From: Eledone cirrhosa
Taxonomy: Eukaryota
Length of the DNA: 64,000 nucleotides
NCBI GenBank assembly: GCA_964016885.1
Contig: OZ024745.1
Location: 19,344,001-19,408,000, forward strand
Direction of reading: 5' to 3'
The notes under the pieces are model-generated. The model saw nothing but the letters and a program-made list of their open reading frames with translations, did no database searches and had not been told where the DNA came from. Positions 46,431 through 59,409 of this stretch are shown in pieces. The position numbers were made by a program, and so were the translations under genes. Each line of letters opens with the position of its first letter. The first letter of the stretch is position 1.

Positions 46431-47837
46431 TTATATGTCTATGTATGTAGGTGTAACAATAGAATCATTGAGCCCCTTATCTAGAGCCCGGCATTATCTG
46501 AACACGATACACGATATGATATCTTGTTCAACAGATCGGATGTTTGAAACATGACAACTCATCTCTTATAAACACACTCATTATAATTGCTTACTAAGGA
46601 ATATTCATTAACTCCTGAGAAGTAAGGCTTAGTCACTGGACATTTAATTATCCTTCTTGTCGTACGACATAGGCACAATAGTTAACGAGGCAGATCGAGA
46701 TCAGTGAAGCAGACTAAGGCGCTTCATTTGTGGTATTATGGATTGCCTGAAGGCCGTCGGTAAACGTCTGAAGGGGGCAATTTCGAACAACATGTAGTAC
46801 TGTCTGGTCAGGGTCCCCACAATCATATTAATGATGATGATGATGGAGCCTCCACCGGTTTCGACGGTGCGTATTCAATTGTTTGATCAATTGAATGTCC
46901 AATTCATGAATTAAAATGTAAATATTTGAGTATTCCATATATATAGACCTGGAGCTTTGATGTAAACCCCAATCTGAATTAGCGTGACACAATATGTGAC
47001 ATATGTGGAGCTGTGAATTACAGATAGATTCCATCTGACGAGCATCCATACAGTTTCTGTCTACAAAGTTTGCATCACCCCACGACTATGGTAAAGAAAC
47101 CGGGAGCTCATGATTACAAAGAGAACATCTTAACCCTTCACCTATGCCTGGTTCTATAATTGGATATGTACATATAAACTAACAACCCACCAACGTTTAT
47201 TCTTTCTGCAGACCAGTAATTTCCAAAGTTGGCACTGTTAAACTCAAAAGGAACCCTGGAAGGGCAACAGAATAAAGCGGCAAAGAATGCAAATTGATTG
47301 AAAATTGATTGAAAATCGGGGGAAAAAGGCGAAAACTCGTCGAAATTTTAATATTTTTCAAACAAGTAGATTAAACTGTTCCTTTCATTCTAGTAATAAC
47401 GATACCCAGGAATCCATCACGCTGAAATTACTAGTTCAGCGTGATGCATTGGTGGATATCGTTAGAGTATCGGACGAGATGTTTTGCGGTGTCTGGTCGG
47501 CTGAGTTCAAATAGTGCAAAGTTACCCTTGGGTGATAATCTTAAACCGTAACCCAGTCTAACACCAGCTCCTGGCTCATGAGGGCCTTAGTGGAACTCAT
47601 TTTCTAGCGAGCATTTGAGACAGGTTTTCGGTTTGATGATATTTTCCTCCCACAATTCTTTGTGGCTATAAAAAGGGTCATGGACACTGTCCTTCCGTCC
47701 TTCAGTTTTCAGTGAAAACAAAATACCTTCATCTTGACTGATACTAGAGAGAAAAAAAAGAAATGAAAACATGGGTCAACGTTGAAAAGCAATGACGAGG
47801 TTTGAACTCAGAGCGGAAGATTTTATACTCTGAATAC

Positions 47838-48006
47838 AATAATTGTTTCTACTTTAGGCACAAGGCCAGCAATTACCCAGTGCATTACTGGTACTTTATT
47901 TTATCGACCCCGTAAGGATGAAAGGCAAAGTCAACCTCGGCGCGATTCGAACTCAGAATGGAAAGGGCCGTAACTCTATGCTAGAAAGCATGGCGTCCGA
48001 CCCTCT
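47838..48006 (-). mobile_element. SINE family S1 lacking its head
   Basis: Reverse complement of the S1 body. A head fragment lies at 51668-51733. Confidence 0.8.
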
Positions 48007-48059
48007 ATACAATAACACAACCACACAAACATTTGTGTCTGCGTAAATTAGGAATATGG

Positions 48060-48220
48060 TGTAATGACTGAGTAGGAGGAAAATATAGGTGATGAGAAAG
48101 AGTGATAGGTGGAGGTAATAATAATGGAGAGGTGGGGGGGAAGAGAGTAGGGGGGGGGGTAAGAAAAGATAGAAGTGGAAACATGAGGAAAGGTAAGGGA
48201 AATATCATGTGGAGGAGGTG

Positions 48221-48251
<31 letters not shown>

Positions 48252-50153
48252 GAACAGAAAAGAATAGGAAGTGTAGGAGAGGAAGCGGCAGAGGAAAGTG
48301 AAAGTATTGGGAAAAGGTGGAAGGAAGAGAAGAGATGTGAGAGAAGGTAGGAGGAAGGAGGAAGTGGGAGGGAGAGATATGTGAGAGGGGGTAGGAGGAA
48401 GGAGGGGGTGGGAGGGAGAGAGATGTGAGAGGAGGTAAGGAGAAGGGGGTATTGTGATAGAGAAGAAGAAGAAGAAGAAGAAGAAGAAGAAGAAGAAGAA
48501 GAAGAAGAAGAAGAAGAAGAAGAAGAAAAAGAAAAAGAAAAAGAAGAAGAAGAAGAAGAAGAAGAAGAAGAAGAAGAAGAAGAAGAAGAAGAAGGAGGAG
48601 GAAGTGGGAGGGAGAGACATGTGAGAGGAGGTAGGAGGAAGGAGGGGTGGGAGGGAGAGAGATGTGAGAGGAGGTAAGGAGAAGGGGATATTGTGATAGA
48701 GAAGAAGAAGAAGAAGAAGAAGAAGAAGAAGAAGAAGAAGAAGAAGAAGAAGAAGAAGAAGAAGAAGAAGAAGAAGAAGAAGAAGAAGAAGAAGAAAAAG
48801 AAGAAGAAGAAGAAGAAGAAGAAGAAGAAGAAGAAGAAAAAGAAGAAGAAGAAGATTAAAGAGAATATTTTGCGCAGTTTAGTTTAGCCAGGAATCAATG
48901 TAGGCTATAGGTGGTCCTGTGATAAGCTAGAAATAACAATATGTGTGTGTGTGTATCTGTGTGTGTGTGTGTATCTGTGTGTGTGTGTGTGTATCTGTGT
49001 GCGTGCGTGTATCTGTATCTATGTGTGTGTGTGTATCTATATGTGTGTGTATCTATGTGTGTGTGTGTGTATCTGTGTGTGTATCTATGTGTGTGTGTGT
49101 ATCAATATGTGTGTGTATCTGTGTGTGTGTGTATCTGTGTGTGTGTGTATCTGTGTGTGTGTGTGTGTATATATGTGTGTATGTATCTATGTGTGTGTGT
49201 GTATCTATATGTGTGTGTATCTATGTGTGTGTGTGTATCTGTGTGTGTATCTATGTGTGTGTGTGTATCTATATCTGTGTGTATCTGTGTGTGTGTGTGT
49301 GTGTGTATCTGTGTGTGTGTATCTATGTGTGTGTGTATCTATATGTGTGTGTATCTCTGTGTGTGTGTATCTGTGTGTGTGTATCTATGTGTGTGTGTAT
49401 CTATATGTGTGTGTATCTCTGTGTGTGTGTGTGTATCTGTGTGTGTGTGTATCTATATGTGTGTGTATCTGTGTGTGTATCTGTGTGTGTGTATCTATGT
49501 GTGTGTGTGTATCTATATGAGTGTGTATCTCTGGGTGTGTGTGTATCTGAGTGTGTGTGTATCTATGTGTGTGTGTATGTATCTGTGTGTGTGTGTAGCT
49601 GTGTGTGTGTATCTATGTGTGTGTGTGTATCTATATGTGTGTGTATCTGTGTGTGTGTGTGTGTATCTGTGTGTGTGTGTGTGTATCTATGTGTGTGTGT
49701 GTGTATCTATATGTGTGTGTATTTGTGTGTGTGTATATGTGTGTGTGTGTATCTATGTGTGTGTGTGTATCTGTGTGCAGCTGTGTGTGTGTATCTATGT
49801 GTGTGTGTGTATCTATGTGTGTGTGTGTGTATCTGTGTGTGTGTGTAGCTGTGTGTGTGTATCTATGTGTGTATCTATATGTGTGTGTATCTGTGTGTGT
49901 GTGTGTGTATCTGTGTGTGTGTGTGTGTATCTGTGTGTGTGTATCTATGTGTGTGTGTGCGTATCTATATGTGTGTGTATTTGTGTGTGTGTGTATATGT
50001 GTGTGTGTGTATCTATGTGTGTGTGTGTATCTGTGTGCAGCTGTGTGTGTGTATCTATGTGTGTGTGTGTATCTGTGTGTGTGTGTGTATCTATGTGTGT
50101 GTATCTGTGTGTGTGTATCTATGTGTGTGTGTGTATCTATATGTGTGCGTATC

Positions 50154-50188
<35 letters not shown>

Positions 50189-51667
50189 GTGTATGTGTGT
50201 CAATGTGTGTGTGTGTATCTGTGTATGTGTGACATGTGTGTGTGTATCTGTGTGTGTATCTGTGTGTGTGTGTGTGTATCTATGTGTGTGCGTGTATCTG
50301 TGTGTGTGTGTATCTATGTGTTGGTGGTGGTGGTGGTGGTGGTGGTGGTGGTGTTGGTGATGGTGGAGGTGTTGGTGGTGTTGATGGTAGTGGTGGTGGT
50401 GGTGGTGGTGGTGGTGGTGGTGGTGGTGGTGGTGGTGGTGATAGTAGTGGTGGTGGTGGTGTTGGTGGTGTTGGTGGTGTTGGTGATGGTGGTGGTGGAG
50501 GTGTTGGTGGTGTTGGTGGTGGTGGTGGTGGTGTTGGTGGTGGTGGTGTTGTTGGTGGTGGTGGTGGTGTTGGTGGTGGTGGTGGTGGTGATGGTAGTGG
50601 TGGTGGTGGTGGTGATGGTGGTGGTGGTGGTGATGCTAGTGGTGGTGGTGGTGATGGTGTTGGTGGTGGTGGTCGTGGTAGTGGTGGTGGTGTTGATGGT
50701 GGTGGAGGTGATGGTGGTGGAGGTGGTGGTGGTGTTGGTGGTGGTGGTATTGTTGGTGTTAGTGGTGTTGGTGATGGTGTTAATGGTAGTGGTGGAGGTG
50801 TTGGTGGTGGTGGTGGTGGTGGTGGTGGTGGTGTTGGTGGTGGTGGTGCCGTTGGTGGTGGTGGTGTTGTTGGTGTTAGTGGTAGTGGTGGTGGTGGTGG
50901 TGTTAATTGTTGTGGTGGTGGTGTTGGTGGTGGTGGTAGTGGTTGTGGTGGTGTTAATGGTAGTGGTGGAGGTGTTGTTGTTGGTGGTGGTGGTAGTGGT
51001 GGTGGTGGTAGTGGTAGTGGTGGTGGTAGTGGTGGTGGTGGTGGTGGTGGTAGTGGTGGTGGTGGTGGTGGTAGTGGTGGTGGTGGTAGTGGTAGTGGTG
51101 GTGGTAGTGGTGGTGGTGGTGGTGGTGGTGGTGGTGGTGGTGGTGGTGGTGGTGGTGGTGGTGGTGGTGGTGGTAGTGGTAGTGGTGGTGGTAGTGGTGG
51201 TGGTGGTGGTGGTGGTGGTGGTAGTGGTAGTGGTGGTAGTGGTGGTGGTAGTGGTGGTGGTGGTGGTGGTGTTGGTGGTGGTGGTGGTGGTGGTGGAGAT
51301 GTTGATGGTGGAAGATGAGCTGTATGGTATAGATGAAAATAATATAAAAATAGAGGGAGAGGGATGGGTGGAGGGAGAGAGACAGAGAGAGAGATGAAGA
51401 GAGAGAGGAATAGAGAGATAGGGGAATATAGAGAGAAAGGTGTAGAGAGAGAGGTGAATATAGAGAGAGGGGTGTACAGAGCGAGGGGAATATAGAGAGA
51501 GAGGTGTAGAGAGAGAGGGGAATATAGAGAGAGGGGTGTACAGAGAGAGGAGAATATAGAGAGAGGCGTGTAGAGAGAGAGGAACACAGAGAGAAGGGTG
51601 TAGCGAGAGAGGTGTAGAGAGAGAGGAGAATTGAAGAGAGAGAGGTGTAGAGAGAGGGTGTAGAGAT
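48060..51667. repeat. Composite simple-repeat block: purine-rich/(GAA)n, (GT)n with GTATCT, (GGT)n, GA-rich
   Basis: Read directly. 48351-48590 is duplicated at 48591-48855. Confidence 0.9.
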
Positions 51668-51856
51668 AAAGGGCCGTAACTCTTTGCTGCAAAGCATGGT
51701 GTCCGACCCTCTAGCGATACTGCCAATCCACCAATGATGTATCAATCATCTTAATACTGACTGCTTTAATCCGGCAAACACTGATATTATCCGGCAATCA
51801 CTGCTAGTCACTTAGTTCAGGAAAACATATTTCAGTCACGTCCGCCACAGTTGTGT

Positions 51857-51954
<98 letters not shown>

Positions 51955-51957
51955 CTA

Positions 51958-52013
<56 letters not shown>

Positions 52014-52654
52014 CACACACACACATATATATTTATATATATACATATATATATATAAGTTAAACTGACCTCTGTTGGCTTCGTTAAATTAACGAGTAAG
52101 GGAAGTGCCACGGCGGATTGTTGTTGTTGTTCTTCTGCTTCCTCTTCTTCTTCTTCTTCTTCTTCTTCCTGAGAGGGTCGTGGGGACAGTGTCCTCAAAC
52201 ACTCCATCCAGCGGGTCCTGTCAGAAGCAATACCTCTCCAAGTAATCCGGCTGGAGCCCCAAGTGAGACCAGCCGAAACCATGGATCTTATCCAACCATA
52301 TTGCTCGGGGTCTGCTCCTGGGTTTCCCGCCAGCTGGTTTTTCCGATGAAATCTGTCCACCATTTCTTTCCTGAGACATTCTAACCACATGCTTATAGTA
52401 ACAATTTGGAGAAGTAGCGGCTCTACCTGGAGTGACTTTTTGATGTCCGAGCTACGCACTTTATCGAGTAACGGTACTCCAAAGACAATTCGGAGAACCT
52501 CTCTTCGGCCGTTTGTGTTTGCGATCGTATTCTTTCGGTCATTACCAAAGATTCATGACCATAGGAAAGGGTTGGCACGAATACCGAATTGAAGATAGCG
52601 AGTTTGGCTTTAACAACTCTCCCCTTTCGGTTATATTAGTTGGTGTAGGGTAAG

Positions 52655-52855
52655 GAACTGGCAGTATCGGTATAGTGTAGGACAATATGCTTTGTGGCAT
52701 AGAGTTATGTTCTGAGTTCAAATCCCGCCAAAGTTAGTTTTGCCTTTCATCCTTACTCAGTTAATAGAAATAAAGTACCAGTAACGTACTGGGACCGATT
52801 TAATCGACTTTCCCTTCAAATTGCTGGCCTTGTGTCATCAAAGTTAGAAACAATT
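52655..52855 (+). mobile_element. SINE family S1 (diverged)
   Basis: A box TGGCAGTATCGG and B box GAGTTCAAATCC. Confidence 0.7.
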
Positions 52856-53445
52856 TTAGCGTAATTGGCTGAGTATTCCACAGACACGTGTACTCTTAAC
52901 GCAATTTCTCGGTGACAACCAACGTAACAATGTGTGACAAGGCTGGCCCTTTGAACTACAGGTGTAGTCAAATTTGTATTATAGTAGATTTGGCAGAATC
53001 AATAGAACGTCGGACAAAATATCCTAAGGTATTTCTTCTGATTCTTTACGTTCTAAGTTCAAATCCTACCGAAGTCAACTTACATTTTTCTGAGGTCAAA
53101 TGGCGGATATCTGAACCATTTGACACTGCTGCGGCCACGGTGTATATATCTGCGGCCACGGTGTATATACACTTTATGACAACACGAACCAACACGGACG
53201 TCGCCAGGTGCTCCCTACACATGTTAGAAGCTGCAGCGAAATATATTGCTTCCAAAATCACACGACTACTGCTTTAAAAAAAGGAAGGACGCTTTGATTA
53301 AATGTAGTCTTAGATACACTGCCTGAAGGTCATAGACAATGTGTGGAAATTTACCTCACAGGGGAGCTATTTGAATATTTAAGGGGTGGGGAACATTTGA
53401 AAATGATGTTAATGAGAACAAACTACAGGTTTTACCTTCTTACTT

Positions 53446-54445
53446 TTACACCAAGTAACTTTGGTAGACATTATTGTCAGAAACTCCTGTCTCACCTCCT
53501 CCATATGTTATTGTACATCTGGCACCACCTACATCAAGATAACTATGGTACACAGTACTGTCAGAAACTCCTGTCTCACCTCCTCCACATGTTATTGTAC
53601 ATCTGGCACCACCTACACCAAGGTAACTTTGGTACACAGTACTGTCAGAAACTCCTGTCTCACCTCCTCCACATGTTATTGTACATCCGACACCACCTAC
53701 ATCAAGGTAACTTTGGTACACGGTACTGTCAGAAACTCCTGTCTCACCTCCTCCATATGTTATTGTGTATCTGACACCACCTCCACCAAAGTAACATTGG
53801 TACACGGTACTGTCAGAAACTCCTGTATCACCTCCTCCATATGTTATTGTACATCTGGCACCACCTACACCAAGGTAACTTTGGTACACGGTACTGTCAG
53901 AAACTCCTGTCTCACCTCATCCATATGTTATTGTACATCTGGCACCACCTACACCAAGGTAACTTTGGTACACGGTACTGTCAGAAACTCCTGTCTCACC
54001 TCCTCCACATGTTATTGTACATCTGGCACCACCTACACCAAGGTAACTTTGGTACACGGTACTGTCAGAAACTCCTGTCTCACCTCCTCCACATGTTATT
54101 GTACATCTGGCACCACCTACACCAAGGTAACTTTGGTACACGGTACTGTCAGAAACTCCTGTCTCACCTCCTCCACATGTTATTGTACATCTGGCACCAC
54201 CTACACCAAGGTAACTTTGGTACACGGTACTGTCAGAAACTCCTGTCTCACCTCCTCCACATGTTATTGTACATCTGGCACCACCTACACCAAGGTAACT
54301 TTGGTACACGGTACTGTCAGAAACTCCTGTCTCACCTCCTCCACATGTTATTGTACATCTGGCACCACCTACACCAAGGTAACTTTGGTACACGGTACTG
54401 TCAGAAACTCCTGTCTCACCCCTTCAACACCTGTTATTGTGCATC
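53446..54445. repeat. 84-bp minisatellite (~12 copies)
   Basis: Unit TACACCAAGGTAACTTTGGTACACGGTACTGTCAGAAACTCCTGTCTCACCTCCTCCACATGTTATTGTACATCTGGCACCACC. Confidence 0.95.
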
Positions 54446-55156
54446 TAACACTAGCTATATGCCAATTTGTTTACACTTTGCAGTTGATCATCACTGTTTT
54501 CATATCAAAGAAGATCATAATTTTTTGAGATGTTGAGTTGAGGCATGGTGCACAAAGAGTTAAAAACCACTGATATAAGACGATAAGTGACTGGAATATT
54601 CTCATAGTTCTCACTGATTACGGTTGATCTGGTATTTGGTATTTATTTCAACCTCTTGTGTTCTAAAGTTCAAATCTCGTCATGGTCAATCTCGTCGTGG
54701 TCAGGATCGATAAAATAAATTAGCAGTCGAAAGCGGTGGGTTAAAATTGTTAGAGCATTGAACTGGGTCCTTCTTCCAACTCTTTAAGTTCTGATTTAAA
54801 AGTTGAGTGTGGCCTGGATTGGTGTAATACCATAGCTAGAGTTTGAGGTGGCTCTCTTTGAAGGTTTTTTTACCTCCTCCTCACGAAAACCACGATACAA
54901 TGCAAACGTATTTAAATCCAAAATACCGCCTGTTGGTGGTGAATGGACATCTTCTACGATATGTAGTCTTAAGTTGGTCACTGGCTGGTGAGTGAAACCT
55001 GGAAATGTGGAAGATCTTCAAGAGTAAGAGGGTCAGCTGAAAAGTCCATAGGCTGACCAAGATACTCTCAAGGAATGAGCAAATGAGGTTTCCCTGGAAA
55101 GAAACAATGCAGTTACTATTTAAGAAGAGTTGAAATTAATGCAAAATTAATGCAAA

Positions 55157-55895
<739 letters not shown>

Positions 55896-56157
55896 GTTCA
55901 TATATGTATACAGACGCACAGCAACATGTATATATATATACACACATGCACACACATATATATATATGTACGTATGGATTCACCGGACGTTTATAATGCT
56001 CGGTGTGTTTGTAAACAAACATCCCGTATCAAGCCGTAGTGTCCAGCAACCATCGTTGCTCGTTTGTTCAACACTGACAAAGGAGCGCTGTACTAGTTTC
56101 AAGCTTATATTCTGGAACGGTGGGACACACTATATATATATATATATATATATATAC

Positions 56158-58203
56158 CAATAGAGGGACCAGCAGTGCAAGTTAAAGGTCGTATAATAAG
56201 TAAGGCGATCAAAAATATGAAGACAGCCAAGGCGGCTGGGCCTTCGGAAATAGTTGCTGAAATGCTGAAAGCATCTGGAACGGTGGGACACACTATGGTC
56301 ACCCGGATAGTCATACAGAATGGGGTCATACCGAAGGACTGGCGTAGCAGCAGCATCATTAACTGCTACAAGGGTAATGGAGATGCCCTAGATAGGGGTA
56401 ACTATGAAGGCATTAAATTAATTGACCAGGTCATGAAGGTCACAAAAAAAGTAATAGCGCAACTAATCAGAGAGCGAATTGAGCTAGATGAAATGCAGTT
56501 CGGTTTGTGTCAGGTAAAAGTACCACAGACGCTCTTTTCATTGTATGACAACTACAGGAGAAGTACCTAGCTAAAAGTAAACCCCTATACTTAGCTTTTG
56601 TTGACTTGGAGAAAGCCTTTGACAGAGTCCCACGCCCCATTATCTGGTGGGCTCTCAGAAAACTAGGTGTTGATGAATGGCTTGTGAGAGCTATACAAGC
56701 CATGTATAAAGAAACAGTCAGCAAGGTTAGAATTAACCACCAATATAGTGAAGAGTTTAGCGTCAAGGTTGGTGTTCATCAGGGCTCCGTCCTTAGCCCC
56801 CTCCTATTTATTATTGCCCTTCAGGCTATAACAGAGGAGTTCAAGACCGGCTGCCCATGGGAACTCCTATACGCAGATGATCTATTGCTCATAGCTGAAT
56901 CAATGGCTGAACTAGAGAAGAAATTCCAAATATGGAAGCATGGCCTAGAATTAAGAGGCCTTAAAATTAACCTGTCTAAGACTAAAGTTCTAATATGTAG
57001 GAAGGAAAATAGGGCACTGGTCCCATCTGGGAAATGGCCATGCTCAGTGTGTAGGAAAGGGGTAGGAAGAAACTCCATTTTATGTCCCAAATGCAAAGTA
57101 TGGGTGCATAAAAGATGTAGTGGGATCACAGGTAAGCTAACTAAGAATATAGATTTTATATGTGGCCGGTGCTCAGGTGCACTAAGTAGCAGCAAGTGCC
57201 CACAGAATACCAGCTCATTCCATTGCACAGATGGTTCTATAGAAATAGTGGACACCTTCCGTTACCTGGGTGACAAAATCAGCAGTGGGGGAGGGTGCTC
57301 TGAAAGTACAGTAGCTAGAGTCAGAACGGGATGGAAAAAGTTCAGAGAGCTTATACCACTATTGGCCGCTAAAGGGTTCTCTCTAAAAATGAAAAGCAGG
57401 CTGTATGATGCCTGCATACGAACAGCAATGTTACATGTCAGTGAGACTTGGGCATTGTGTGCAGAGGATATACGCAGACTGGAGATGAACGAAGCTTGCA
57501 TGCTCCGTTGGATGTGTAATAGTAATATACGTGAATATAAATGAACTAAGTGAGAAATTAGGAATAAGAGGGATCAGATGCTGTTTACTCGAGAGAAGAC
57601 TACGTTGGTATGGTCACTTGATGCGCATGAAAGACGACAGCTGTATAAAAGAGTGCAGGGCGATAAAAATAGACGGTAGCCACGGAGTAGGCAGACCCAG
57701 AAAAACATGGGACGACCTGATAAATTCCGACCTCACACACTTACACCTCTCCAAGACAATGTTACTGGACCGTGATCTTTGGCGCTACACAGTAATATAG
57801 AAGACCCGCCTTGCCTAAGTACAAAGTGAAACCTACAGTAAGTAGGCACCTCTTAACAAAAATACACCCCCGTCCCACTATCCCCGCCCCCATCCACACC
57901 ACCCCTTTCAATGTAAAGTTATGTTGGTACCACAACATCCAGTCCTAAATAAATGAGGTCGTGTAGGTGTCACGACAAAAAACACAGTCCACGCTGTAAT
58001 GTGGCCGTGTAGGTAACACGGTAAAAACCTCCCAGTCCACACTGTAAACGTGGTTGGTGTTAGGAAGGGCATCCAGCCATAGAAAACCCGCCAGACAGTC
58101 TTATACGAGCAAGACAACCAATCTTGCCTCAAGTGGGAAAATTCCCGTCCAAACCCATGCAAGCGTGGAAGATGGACGTTAAACGATGATGATGATGATG
58201 ATG
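56158..58203 (+). pseudogene. 5'-truncated RTE-type LINE with RT, intra-RT PHD-like finger, 3' UTR and (GAT)n tail
   Basis: KAAGPSEI, GNYEGIKL, EKAFDRV, GVHQGSVLSPLLF, LLYADD, FRYLG, RRLRWYGH and GRPRKTW. Frameshifts at ~56500 and ~57535. Confidence 0.9.
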
Positions 58204-59409
58204 ATATATATAGTCACATTGCTCCACAAATGTTCAAAGCCGACTGTACAATATTGAAACAAACTGTATAGAATCTATAGAATAATTTGTTGTTGTTGTT
58301 GTTATTAAAGACACATCCTTTGTTGGAACGCTGTTTATTTTTGCTGTTGATGTTGTTTTGAAAATCTGCCATTGTTGTAGTTATAGTTGTTGTAGTTATA
58401 GTTGTAGTTATCGTTGTTGTAGTTATAGCTGTTGTCACTGTTATAGTTGTTGTTGTTGTTGAACAGCCCATCCAACCATTCTTACCGTTATCTTTGTTGT
58501 TGTTGTTGTTGTTGAGCATGTCCTCAAGCCATTACTGCATTTTATTGTTGTTGTTGTAGTTATTGTTATTGTTACTGTGCTTACTGTTGTTGTTATTGTT
58601 GGTATTGTAATTTTTCTTCAGCGTCCCATCCAATCACTGCTTTAATTATTGTTGCTGTAGTTACTGTTGTTGTTGTTTAACATATCATCTACCCACCACT
58701 ATTGTTTAGTGTTATTGTTGTTACTGTTACTGCTGCTGCTGTTGCTGTAGTTACTGATGTCCACGTCTCCTGTAAACCTGATGACGTCAACAACACTCCA
58801 TAGGAATACAATAGGAGCCAACAAAACATTATAATATCACAATTTAGAATCATTTTTTTTTTAATCCTTTTTGATCGTTCGGAATTTTTATTGGATATTA
58901 CTGTGGATTGTTCATTTAAATAATTAATTTTACTTTGATAATCACCTCCAAAGCCATTAGTCTTGTGACTGAAATATGTATTTATATATGGCACCAATTG
59001 ACAAGATGTCACTCGGTGCCATATTTAGTTTAGTGGGATATTTAACCATTTCGTTACCATATTTCTAATAAAAGACTCTGCTTAATATTTGCAAAACGAA
59101 TTAGAAATAATCAAGAATTTGAAAGGATTTAATAATATAACTTATTTTCTCACTATTAAACGAGTCTTTGAAACATAACATAACAAAGGTTCTTGCATGA
59201 AATTATTGTGGAATGTTTTTAGATCACTACTAATACAATAAAACACTTTGTATCTGAGAACCGAGGATGGCTTTAAACTGCTGTTTGGAACATAACTTAA
59301 CAAATTATGGTGGAATAGGATGGCTTTAAACTGCTGTTTGGAACATAACTTCAATTATGGTGGAATGTTTTTAGATAACTAAAAATAGTTTTAAAATACA
59401 TACACCCAG

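Noticed and set aside
46845-46905. Additional hammerhead remnant (minus strand GAAACCGGTG)
   Set aside because: No CUGANGA, and the would-be cleavage site is UG, which is not permitted; too fragmentary.
47587-47772. Candidate terminal exon after a strong minus-strand acceptor at ~47744
   Set aside because: Only an acceptor-like tract with a short unrecognised peptide; insufficient support.
47960-51733. 3.7-kb simple-repeat insertion flanked by a ~45-bp target duplication within one SINE
   Set aside because: The two flanking segments carry different SINE subfamily variants, so two separate SINE fragments explain it equally well.
48941-51745. Long poly-Val/Gly/Pro/Thr/His/Cys-Val ORFs
   Set aside because: Translations of (GT)n and (GGT)n microsatellites, open in many frames on both strands.
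53343-54536. 355-aa Cys/Thr-rich 28-aa repeat protein
   Set aside because: An 84-bp minisatellite open in several frames on both strands, with no splice or domain evidence. A repeat exon cannot be fully excluded.
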